Source: Spirochaetota bacterium | GTDB taxonomy: Bacteria > Spirochaetota > UBA4802 > UBA5550 | Length of the DNA stretch: 64,000 nucleotides | Direction: 5' to 3' | NCBI GenBank assembly: GCA_050298055.1 | Contig: JBNKTL010000004.1 | Coordinates: 66,223-130,222, forward strand | Shown: positions 52,422 through 60,877 of the stretch, one piece after another | Layout: each line of letters begins with the position of its first letter | How positions within the stretch are numbered: position 1 is the first letter of the stretch | Notes under the pieces: generated by a model | Database searches by the model: none | The model's input: only the letters and a program-made list of their open reading frames with translations | What the model was told of the DNA's origin: nothing | Position numbers and translations under genes: made by a program

Positions 52422-53309
52422 CTATTTGTAATCGTTGATCCTTTCACTCTTCTTCTCATCCAGCTCAATAACCTCCTGGAGGCTCTTGAAGTGAGGAGAA
52501 TCAACTCCATAGATCAGTTCAACAGCCTGGAGCATGCTTCTGTTCTTCTTATTCTTGTAGAGCATGATATCTTCCTCTGTTGCGTGTTTGTACTTTGTGA
52601 GTACTGCTTCCATATACCCGTAGCAGCTTGCAAGGTATTTGTACGCCCATACGTCCTTCTTGTTTTTCTCAGAGAGAGTCAGGTATCTTTCAAGGATCGG
52701 GATGCACGGCTTGAAGTTATTCAGGTCGTAATTTGTGGATACATACATCTGGTAGAGCCGTGACTGGAAATTTATAAACCTGGCGTCCTTCTTTACTTCA
52801 ACTGATTTTATGTCATCAAGATAGTAGATAGACTTGGTGAAGAAGGTTATTGCTTTCATCTTGGCTTCATACTTTTTCCTGGCAATAATTCGCTGTTCCT
52901 GGTTTTTCCTGTCAATCTCCTGCCAGTAGAACCTTTCGTTCAGGTGTTTTTTGCCCTTCTGTGCTGTTTTGATCTTAGATACCTCGTTCTCCATATCCTC
53001 CAGGATATCCAGGCCTGTTGAGTATTCGTCAATTGCCAGCCTTAAAAGGTTTTCAGAATACTCCTTGTTCAACTTCTGGAGTTCCCTGATGGCTTTCACA
53101 TAGGGATGGAAGTCTGTAGTCCTCCAGCCGCCGGTATCCGAATCACCGCCCTTTGCCGGTTCTTTCACCGGGGTGGTCTTTTTATCACCGGCTGTTCCCT
53201 TCCCGGTACCGGTACCCTGGGCAGACAGTACTGTCTGAAACAGCAGTGAAAGGATAAAAGCACAGGCCAATCCTGTTGCATGGCTCTTCTTAAATATTGC
53301 AGATTTCAT
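52422..53309 (-). CDS. fcpA: Flagellar coiling protein A homologue (periplasmic flagellar sheath)
   Basis: W..TDF..Y.K...EL..L, YWQEIDRK, CIPILERY, YKYLASCY and ELIYGVDSP match my recollection of Leptospira FcpA; signal peptide present. Confidence 0.85.
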   Translation of the reverse strand: MKSAIFKKSHATGLACAFILSLLFQTVLSAQGTGTGKGTAGDKKTTPVKEPAKGGDSDTGGWRTTDFHPYVKAIRELQKLNKEYSENLLRLAIDEYSTGLDILEDMENEVSKIKTAQKGKKHLNERFYWQEIDRKNQEQRIIARKKYEAKMKAITFFTKSIYYLDDIKSVEVKKDARFINFQSRLYQMYVSTNYDLNNFKPCIPILERYLTLSEKNKKDVWAYKYLASCYGYMEAVLTKYKHATEEDIMLYKNKKNRSMLQAVELIYGVDSPHFKSLQEVIELDEKKSERINDYK

Positions 53310-53349
53310 AAAAAAACCCCTTTTATTCGCAGATAATTAATTGTTATTT

Positions 53350-53376
53350 TTATCGGCATATTTTGTTCAAAAATTA
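53350..53376 (-). promoter_or_regulatory. sigma-28 (FliA) promoter of fcpA
   Basis: Minus strand TAAT-N15-GCCGATAA, 40 nt upstream of the ATG. Confidence 0.75.
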
Positions 53377-53401
53377 AGGTATGAAATGAACAAATTTTCC
53401 A

Positions 53402-53481
53402 GTTCCCCTCGATACAATTTGCCGCACTTTATAAAGAGCATAAAGCACCTTATTAATAAATCGGCAAATCACCCGGGGAAC
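53402..53481. repeat. Long imperfect intergenic hairpin (REP-like)
   Basis: GTTCCCC..ATTTGCCG ... CGGCAAAT..GGGGAAC. Confidence 0.5.
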
Positions 53482-53627
53482 ACAACTAGTGCTGAGCCCG
53501 TATGATTTTGCATATTTATTTAAGTAATTACTAAAAATAATTTATAAAATTTACAGTATTATGGCAAATTATTAAAGCAATATTTGTTGACAGTTTTTAC
53601 TACCGGATACCATTTAAAACTCATATT

Positions 53628-54449
53628 ATGGACAAAACAGCGAAAAAAACAACAAAAATAACCTCTGAGAAGTACTGCGACTATTGTGACAGGACAGGTA
53701 TCGTTTATACTTCGGGATTTGAGATGCTGGGAACAGTCCCCCTCTCCCCCTGCCCGAAGTGTGTTGACCCCAAATGTCAATGCGACAAGAAAGAACCCTA
53801 CTACTATTACAATGACGATGAAATTAAAGACTGTCACTGCAGGGAGACCCGGATCAGGATAGACAGGATAAACAGGATCTACGGCAGGTCCGGTATCGAT
53901 AAAAAGTACAGGTGGAAGCGCTTCAACGACTTTGAGGCCGTGAGTAAGCTTACCAATGAAGCGAAGAATATGGCCTACGATATTGTCAGGAATTTCCCTG
54001 ACGTAAAAAAGGGGCTCTTCCTCTGGGGAAACCCGGGGACAGGGAAAACACTCCTCTCGTCGATTATCCTCACTGAGCTGATAATCCGGCATGCCATAGA
54101 AGGTCGTTATATCTCCATCTCCCGGTCATTTTTTAACAGGCTGAAAGCAACCTTCGTTGAGGGGTCCAGGACCTATGGGAAGTCCAGCGAGATAGAGAAG
54201 GAGCTGGAAGATGTTGATATTCTTGTAGTGGATGATTTCGGTGTGCAGAGGGATTCGGAGTGGGAGCAGGAGACCCTCTACAACCTTGTGGACGCGCGGT
54301 ACGAGGCCGAGAAGTTTACGATTTTTACGTCAAACGGCAATCCGCGGACCTCCTTCAAGGAACTCTCCCAGGGGAGGATACTCTCACGGATCAAGGAGAT
54401 GAGCCGCATCATGGAACTTACCGGTAAAGACTACAGGGAGAACCTGTAG
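53628..54449 (+). CDS. DnaC/DnaI/IstB-like AAA+ ATPase with Cys-rich N-terminus
   Basis: CDYC..G, CPKC, C.C, GNPGTGKT, LVVDDFG, R(Y)...FTSN and RILSRI. Confidence 0.85.
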   Translation: MDKTAKKTTKITSEKYCDYCDRTGIVYTSGFEMLGTVPLSPCPKCVDPKCQCDKKEPYYYYNDDEIKDCHCRETRIRIDRINRIYGRSGIDKKYRWKRFNDFEAVSKLTNEAKNMAYDIVRNFPDVKKGLFLWGNPGTGKTLLSSIILTELIIRHAIEGRYISISRSFFNRLKATFVEGSRTYGKSSEIEKELEDVDILVVDDFGVQRDSEWEQETLYNLVDARYEAEKFTIFTSNGNPRTSFKELSQGRILSRIKEMSRIMELTGKDYRENL

Positions 54450-54901
54450 TGCCGGAGGTCTATATCGGGATCGGGACGAATATTGGCCACAGGGAAAAGA
54501 ACCTTCTTGATGCCATGGAGAGACTGGGCGGTATCAATAAGATTGAGATTACCGGCAAGAGCTCCGTCATGGAAACAGAGCCGGTTGATTATCTTGACCA
54601 GCCCTTTTTTCTGAACCAGGTGGTGAAAATCAGCACCACCCTTGAACCCGGCCCGCTCCTGGATCTGCTGAAAGGCATCGAGTCTGATATGGGGAGGGAA
54701 AGCAGTGTCCCCAAGGGCCCGCGGATCATCGATCTTGATATCCTCCTCTATGATGACAGGATTATAAAAAGTGAAAAGCTGACCATCCCTCATCCGGAGA
54801 TCGTAAACAGGAGTTTTGTCCTGGAACATCTTCTTGAGCTTGATCCTGACCTTGTGGACCCGGTTACGGCATTAAAATACAGGGAGGCCGTTAAAAAATA
54901 A
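54449..54901 (+). CDS. folK: 2-amino-4-hydroxy-6-hydroxymethyldihydropteridine diphosphokinase
   Basis: YIGIGTNIG, FLNQV, GPRIIDLDIL, IPHP and RSFVL. Confidence 0.95.
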   Translation: MPEVYIGIGTNIGHREKNLLDAMERLGGINKIEITGKSSVMETEPVDYLDQPFFLNQVVKISTTLEPGPLLDLLKGIESDMGRESSVPKGPRIIDLDILLYDDRIIKSEKLTIPHPEIVNRSFVLEHLLELDPDLVDPVTALKYREAVKK

Positions 54902-54945
54902 GTATGGACCCTGTGAAAAGACTTTCAGGTTCCGGTTTAACCGGA

Positions 54946-56214
54946 TCAGGCCTTTACAACGGGGATCTCGTCCCACCGGGTCGTATATCTCTTTGAGAGG
55001 AAGGCCCGCCTCATCTGCCATTTTTTCGATACTCCCTCCGCTGCAAAAGAAAGACTCTCTCTTCCCATGGACCTGTTGATCCTGTCCAGGGTCCGCATCA
55101 GTGAGCGGTTCTCCTCCATCTTCCCGAAGGGGGTGAAGAGATCAAGCTGTGTCTCGCTTTCGGGTGTGATATCGGAGAGCATCACCCCCACCTTCTTGTA
55201 GCGGTAGTTCTCCCTGTATATTTTTTCCAGAAGACCCCCGGCGCATCCCATGAGGAGAGGGGTGTAGGAGGTGGCAACGGGGATTCCGCACCCGGCGGCG
55301 TTGGAGTACTGGGGATCGCCGGTAAAGGGATTGGTTGTTATGAAAACCGTTATGAATGAGGCGATGCTCTTCTCCAGGCGGAGCTTTTCCGCTCCCCGGG
55401 AGGTGTATGAGGCAAGGGCCTCTCTCAGCTGGCCGAGGTCCCGGACGGGGGTCCCGAATGACCGGGAGCAGACAATCCCCTGCTTGGAGGGAGGCGCTTC
55501 TTCCAGGGGGATGCAGGGTATTCCCCGGAGCTCATAGACTGTCCGGAGCCCCATTATTGTCATGTTTTTCTTTATCCATTTGTCAGGGGCGTCCCGGAGG
55601 TGAAGGGCGGTGGAGATCCCGTTCCTGTGAAGGAGCTTTGTATACTGCCTGCCCACCCCCCACACATGGGAGACCTCTATGCTGTGGAGGAGGGCGTCTG
55701 TCTCCGGATGGGAAGTGATGTTGAATGTTCCCCGGTGTGAGGGGTTCCTCTTGGCAATCATGTTTGCCAGTTTTGCCAGTGTCTTGGTAGGGCCGATACC
55801 CACGGAGACGGGAATGCCGGTCCATTGTTTTACTGTTTCCCTTATGGTCCTGCCCGTGCGAAGGATGCCCGGGCCGGCATCCTCCAGCAGGAGAAATGCC
55901 TCATCTATGGAGTAGACCTCCATCTCCGGGGTGAAGGTTGCCAGGCACTCCATGACCCGCCTGGACATGTCTCCGTAGAGGGTGTAGTTGGATGAAAAAA
56001 CGGCTATCCCCTCCTTTTTAATGAGAGGCTTCAGCCGGAAGTAGGGTTCCCCGAAGGGCATCCCCATTTTCTTCACCTCCTCCGATCGCGCCACAACATT
56101 TCCGTCGTTGTTGGAGAGCACCACCACCGGGGACCTCCAGAGGGAGGGGTCGAAGACCCTTTCGCAGGATATATAAAAATTGTTGCAGTCCACAAGGGCA
56201 TAAACTCCCTTCAT
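54946..56214 (-). CDS. umuC: Y-family DNA polymerase V catalytic subunit
   Basis: [40 protein letters not shown] and C-terminal W.MRR..LS.RYTT.W. Start set at the ATG at 56214. Confidence 0.93.
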   Translation of the reverse strand: MKGVYALVDCNNFYISCERVFDPSLWRSPVVVLSNNDGNVVARSEEVKKMGMPFGEPYFRLKPLIKKEGIAVFSSNYTLYGDMSRRVMECLATFTPEMEVYSIDEAFLLLEDAGPGILRTGRTIRETVKQWTGIPVSVGIGPTKTLAKLANMIAKRNPSHRGTFNITSHPETDALLHSIEVSHVWGVGRQYTKLLHRNGISTALHLRDAPDKWIKKNMTIMGLRTVYELRGIPCIPLEEAPPSKQGIVCSRSFGTPVRDLGQLREALASYTSRGAEKLRLEKSIASFITVFITTNPFTGDPQYSNAAGCGIPVATSYTPLLMGCAGGLLEKIYRENYRYKKVGVMLSDITPESETQLDLFTPFGKMEENRSLMRTLDRINRSMGRESLSFAAEGVSKKWQMRRAFLSKRYTTRWDEIPVVKA

Positions 56215-56219
56215 TCCTG

Positions 56220-56660
56220 TTACCTCACTGTATGTATGACATGTATCACAACCCCCCACACCTCGAAACCGGATTCGGGGCCTACGGCTATGGGTGCGTA
56301 GCGGGGATTTTCGGCTTTGAGGAACGCCCTGTTGCCCTGGATAATAAGCCGCTTTACGGTGAGTTCGCCGTCCAGGGCCGCTATGACAATGCTGTTGCTC
56401 ACAGGTGTCTCGGCCCTGTCCACTATCAGGGTGTCCCCTGAGTATATTCCCGCCCCTGTCATGGAATCACCCGATACCTTTACGAAAAATGTTGCTGAGG
56501 GATGCTTTATGAGCAGCTCATTAAGGTCCAGTCTTCTGTCAATATAGTCATCGGCAGGGGAGGGGAAGCCTGCGGATATCCGTGCGGCAAAGAGGGGAAG
56601 TCTTATCCGGGTGTTGCATTTCACCCTGTAGATAGCTTTTCCGGTAAAGGGGTTGTTCAT
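56220..56660 (-). CDS. umuD: DNA polymerase V autoproteolytic subunit
   Basis: [10 protein letters not shown] cleavage region, GDSM (Ser) and TVKR (Lys). Confidence 0.93.
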   Translation of the reverse strand: MNNPFTGKAIYRVKCNTRIRLPLFAARISAGFPSPADDYIDRRLDLNELLIKHPSATFFVKVSGDSMTGAGIYSGDTLIVDRAETPVSNSIVIAALDGELTVKRLIIQGNRAFLKAENPRYAPIAVGPESGFEVWGVVIHVIHTVR

Positions 56661-56691
56661 AGGTCTTTTTGTCTCCTGTTGCGGGGAATCC

Positions 56692-57012
56692 GGGGGTCGG
56701 AGCCCTGTCTTAATAATATCAATATAATAAAGAGCGGGTATATGTCAACAAATGTTTAGTATGTTTTTCAGGAAAAGTCCAGGGGTCAGAGCAAAAATTT
56801 TTGGATTAAGAAAACAAAAAAATGGGGGTCAGAGCAGAATCTAATGTGACATAATCCTGGATAGAAGAGAAAAATTAATCTGTTGTGGGTCCTTAAAAGA
56901 TAATTGTATGTGAATTTTACCGATGCTCTGACCCTTTGCTTAGTTTTGAGGCGGTATTTGCCAAGTGCTCTGACCCTGATTCCCGGTTTGAATTTGCCGG
57001 TTGCTCTGGTCC
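56692..57012. repeat. Nested cluster of GGGGTCAGAGCA / TGCTCTGACCC REP-like repeats
   Basis: Forward copies at about 56693 (degenerate), 56782 and 56825; reverse copies at 56924, 56966 and about 57002 (degenerate). Confidence 0.75.
56721..56757 (-). promoter_or_regulatory. Putative sigma70 promoter of umuDC with a palindrome over the -35
   Basis: Minus strand AAACATTTG-TTGACA-N16-TATATT. Confidence 0.45.
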
Positions 57013-57032
57013 TCCGGTTTCGTATATTTTTT

Positions 57033-57701
57033 TTAATCTACCGGGACTATGCATTCAGGTGAGTTGTTTTTCGGTGAATTGACCAGGTCAGATACAGGGT
57101 GATACTTCATTTCATGAGAAGGGAAGGGTTTCAGAAGGGAAATGACTTCTTCAGCGGGGTGGTTCTCCGTATCCAGCCAGGTGTTAATATCCTGTTCATG
57201 GAGGATCACAGGCATCCTGTTGTGTATCGGCTCAAGGAGCCTGTTGGGGGTTGTGGTAATTATGGTGCATGTTTCCAGGACTTTCTTCTCTCCCGATACC
57301 CACTTTTCATGCAGACCGGCCATTACCATAAGTTTCTTGTCTTCAAGGTATACGTAAACAGGATGTTTCCCCTTTTTCTTTTTTTCCCATTCGAAGAAGC
57401 CGCCGGCAACAATCAGGCATCTCCTGGCAGAGAGTGCCTTTTTAAAGCCCGGTTTTTCCCCAATGGTTTCAGCCCGTGCATTAATCATCCTGTACCCTGT
57501 TTTCGGGTCCTTTGCCCAGTGAGGGACCAGGCCCCACCTGAAGTCTTTCAGTATCCTTTTCTTATTGCAAAAGACAATTGATGGTATGGAGTTTCCCGGA
57601 GCAACATTATAGCTGGGTTTCGCAGAAGAATATATTTCATCGATGTCATAGTATTCTGCAATGATATTAAGGTATTCGGTATTTGCAAATCTTCCGCACA
57701 T
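57033..57701 (-). CDS. SOS response-associated peptidase (SRAP/YedK/HMCES)
   Basis: N-terminal MCGRF, YNVAP, WGLVP.W, INARAET, GFFEW and IHNRMPVIL. Confidence 0.95.
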   Translation of the reverse strand: MCGRFANTEYLNIIAEYYDIDEIYSSAKPSYNVAPGNSIPSIVFCNKKRILKDFRWGLVPHWAKDPKTGYRMINARAETIGEKPGFKKALSARRCLIVAGGFFEWEKKKKGKHPVYVYLEDKKLMVMAGLHEKWVSGEKKVLETCTIITTTPNRLLEPIHNRMPVILHEQDINTWLDTENHPAEEVISLLKPFPSHEMKYHPVSDLVNSPKNNSPECIVPVD

Positions 57702-57800
57702 TTTTTAATCCATCAGCCTGTATCTGTTGTTCATAATATACAGTGGATGGTCAAAATTAAAGAAAAAAAGATTTGTACCTGATATTTTTTTTACCGGTTG

Positions 57801-57893
57801 GTAACTATTCAGCTATCTGACTAAAAATATGGGGGACACATCAGTTATTTTTTTCTGTTAACATGTCAATTTTTATACAGAGCTGAGTTGTAA
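57801..57893. repeat. Copy of the GTAACTA(C/T)TCAGCT-ended element
   Basis: GTAACTATTCAGCTAT (57801..57816) ... AGAGCTGAGTTGTAA (57879..57893). Confidence 0.55.
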
Positions 57894-58190
57894 TAATTTT
57901 TAAAAATTTATTTTTTTAGAATATTCTTAATATATAAAAATAAAGAAAAAATTTTATCTTGACATTTCTCTTATTTCTTTTATCTTTTTAGAAATAAGAA
58001 AATCATCCCAATAACAGAGGTTTTAATTGCTGAAAAGGTCTTGTTTTCTTTTTCAAGTGCATGAGTTTTTGTTTTGCAGATAATAAGTGCTTTTTAAGCG
58101 GGGTTAAATAAATTAGCAATTACTAAAAAATTTATTGACGCCGATTAAGATAAATTCTATGTATTCAAAAATTTAAAACGGAGGAAAAGT

Positions 58191-58436
58191 ATGAAGAAGT
58201 TTTTAACTCTTATTGCAGCAGTAGCGATAATGATTTCATTATCATCTGCTGACCTTATGGCTACAAAAAAGATTAAAAAAGCCCATGATGGTAAAAAAGG
58301 CAAAGACGGAGCTAAAATTAGCTGTTCTTACTGCCACAAAAAGGCCAAAGTCCCCAAGCTGAAAAAACCTAAAAAATACACAGGACAAAAAACAAATCCT
58401 TATTGTATGAAATGTCATGCAAAAATGAAGAAATAA
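58191..58436 (+). CDS. Small, highly basic, exported di-heme c-type cytochrome
   Basis: GGAGG RBS, signal peptide, CSYCH and CMKCH, an extra His (KAH), Lys-rich. Confidence 0.85.
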   Translation: MKKFLTLIAAVAIMISLSSADLMATKKIKKAHDGKKGKDGAKISCSYCHKKAKVPKLKKPKKYTGQKTNPYCMKCHAKMKK

Positions 58437-58472
58437 CCAGATATAATCTATATCTACTGGTTCATTAAATGA

Positions 58473-58499
58473 GGATGTCTTTAAGACATCCCTTTTTTT
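58473..58499 (+). terminator. Intrinsic terminator after the small cytochrome
   Basis: GGATGTCT-TTA-AGACATCC followed by a T7 run. Confidence 0.75.
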
Positions 58500-58823
58500 G
58501 TCTTCATAAAAGACCTGTTTATTGTTGATCTCTACGTGATTTTATCATACAGCTGAGTAGCAACTACACAGGCACAGGTTATAAGTACAACCAGTCATAA
58601 AAAAATATTGACAAAAAATTAAAAATATGTAGATTGAGCAGAGATGAAAAGATTTGCCTGAAAAATAATTTTTCACTATTTTCATAATTCCAGGTATCAA
58701 GTTATACAGGTCATACAGATCAGTTTTTGGAACATGATGGCTATCTGTATAAATACATAAAAAGCGATTTAATCCCAACATATTATAGTTTAGTTGCTCT
58801 ATTAAATAGAGGGGAGTGCTTTT

Positions 58824-60689
58824 GTGATAAAAATTTTAACCTACATATTCTATAGGAAAAATATTATATGTAAACTGTCTGGTGTTCTGAAACACCCATT
58901 GCTTTTGCTATTGGTTATTCTGTTCATAAACGCCTGCAGCGTCCTGAGAGATCAATTATCCGGGGAAAACAGCTCATGTGCCGCATCAGACTGCCACATT
59001 TTTACTGTTCTGAAAACTTATCCTCCGTTAAGCGGAAAACATGCTCTCCACCTCTCCCGGGATAATATCTTTTGTGACAATTGCCACAGTAACTATAATT
59101 CATTCCTCTCCCATAAGAACGGGACGGTTGATGGATACAGCACTTCCGTTAATATTGTATCTTTCGATTCAATTAATCCTTCCGCTTCCTGGAATAATTC
59201 CACAACAAGCTGTGAAAACCTCTCCTGTCATACAAATGCCGACTGGTACGGTACGGCATCATTCGGTTGCACCGGCTGTCACTATGGCGGTAGCGGGATA
59301 GATCCTGTTTTAATCAACGGAAACGGTATAGAGGGGAAACATCAGAAACATGTTTCGGACATGGGGATACCCTGTGAGAAGTGCCATTTTAACTATAAGA
59401 GCATGTTGACCCATGCCGACGGTTCTCTTGATACCGATAACAGTTCGGTTCTTATGACATACTTTGATACCTCCAATCCTTCCGGTTCCTGGACGGGAGA
59501 TACCGGAGCTCATACCGGAAGCTGCGCTTCTCTGGCGTGTCACGGAACATCAACCCTGGATTGGTACGGCTCTAATACATGGGTCCTCCCGGCATGTGAT
59601 TCATGCCACGGTGCACCGGCAGGGAACAGGAGGCAGGTGACCGGAACGGGAGGTGATTTTGCAGGTAACAGCTCCATCCTCTCCCTGCATGTGCGGGGAA
59701 GTTCCGATCCCACGGATGAGCAGTGTCAGGTGTGTCATGAAATGTCTGCCCACACGGGGGGGACTGTCCGACTGAAAAATGCGGATAACGGAGCGGCAAT
59801 AGTATACGACTCTTCCGATATATCCTCTCTTGAACCATTCTGTCTCAGCTGTCACGATTCGGATGGCGCCCTGTCCGGTTACGCATCTGGGGGATCTGCA
59901 GATAATCCCTTCAGTGACGGTAATAATCTCGGGATGCCCCCATATCCTTATTCAAAAAGAATTTCCGTAAGCTGGAATAAAGTTAACGGTCACGGTCCCA
60001 ACGGAGGTCATGGGCAGGGAGACAGGCTTACCTGTCTTGGTACCGGGGAACCGGGAACCGGCTGCCATGGCAATAACGGGAGTATAAATGCTCACGGTTC
60101 CACCTGGGATGCAATAAGTACAAAGGAATTCAAATATGATCTTCCGGACAGCTATTCCGAAAGCTATTTTGATCTCTGTTTCAACTGCCATGCAGGCTAC
60201 CCCGGTGTTACCAAAGAGGATATATTCGGTGTTAAGCCGGGTGGAGTATTTGACTGGGATTACGGTCCTTCCGGAGGACCTAACGGCAACAACCCGCCCT
60301 ATTATACCGGTGCAACGACCACCCATTTTGCCGATATGGGAGATACCGGATCGGGGCTTTTTTATGATGATTCTTTCTGGGGTGATCAGATGAATCTTCA
60401 CTGGTCCCATATAGGTATTCAGGCATCTGACTACAGGGGGACCGGTGTTGATTCCGGCATAACCTGTGTAAACTGCCATGATGTCCATGGTACCTCTACA
60501 GTATACGGAATGGTTTATTCCGAGATAGGGTATAGTAATGGAGCCGGTGCCGGTCCGGATATTTACGGTAAAATGAATGATGGCTTTCCGGGAAATACAA
60601 GCGGGTATCCTGCATATTGTGGTGGTTTTGCATGCCATGATGTATTTACAGGTTCCATGCATGTGTGGTTTTACCCCATGAACGAGTAG
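58824..60689 (+). CDS. Multiheme c-type cytochrome lipoprotein (CxxxxCH/CxxCH type, 12-13 hemes)
   Basis: Lipobox INAC; 8 CxxCH, 4 CxxxxCH and one Cx9CH (CLGTGEPGTGCH); GAGGGG RBS before the GTG. Confidence 0.9.
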   Translation: MIKILTYIFYRKNIICKLSGVLKHPLLLLLVILFINACSVLRDQLSGENSSCAASDCHIFTVLKTYPPLSGKHALHLSRDNIFCDNCHSNYNSFLSHKNGTVDGYSTSVNIVSFDSINPSASWNNSTTSCENLSCHTNADWYGTASFGCTGCHYGGSGIDPVLINGNGIEGKHQKHVSDMGIPCEKCHFNYKSMLTHADGSLDTDNSSVLMTYFDTSNPSGSWTGDTGAHTGSCASLACHGTSTLDWYGSNTWVLPACDSCHGAPAGNRRQVTGTGGDFAGNSSILSLHVRGSSDPTDEQCQVCHEMSAHTGGTVRLKNADNGAAIVYDSSDISSLEPFCLSCHDSDGALSGYASGGSADNPFSDGNNLGMPPYPYSKRISVSWNKVNGHGPNGGHGQGDRLTCLGTGEPGTGCHGNNGSINAHGSTWDAISTKEFKYDLPDSYSESYFDLCFNCHAGYPGVTKEDIFGVKPGGVFDWDYGPSGGPNGNNPPYYTGATTTHFADMGDTGSGLFYDDSFWGDQMNLHWSHIGIQASDYRGTGVDSGITCVNCHDVHGTSTVYGMVYSEIGYSNGAGAGPDIYGKMNDGFPGNTSGYPAYCGGFACHDVFTGSMHVWFYPMNE

Positions 60690-60877
60690 TGCCGGGGTAT
60701 GAGGTGAAAATTTATTACCATTAATACTTATTATGAAAAAATATATTGACAAAATTTTAAAAATATGCACGTTATTTTTTTTCAGGGATTTCTCGATTAA
60801 AAAAAGATCACAGCAAAATGGAGAGTTTTATTTTTGCAGATATTGCTCGGTAAATAATTCAACGGGATTAACTTATT

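Noticed and set aside
56692..57012. Repeat cluster as a CRISPR array
   Set aside because: Units are only about 12 bp, occur in both orientations and are irregularly spaced.
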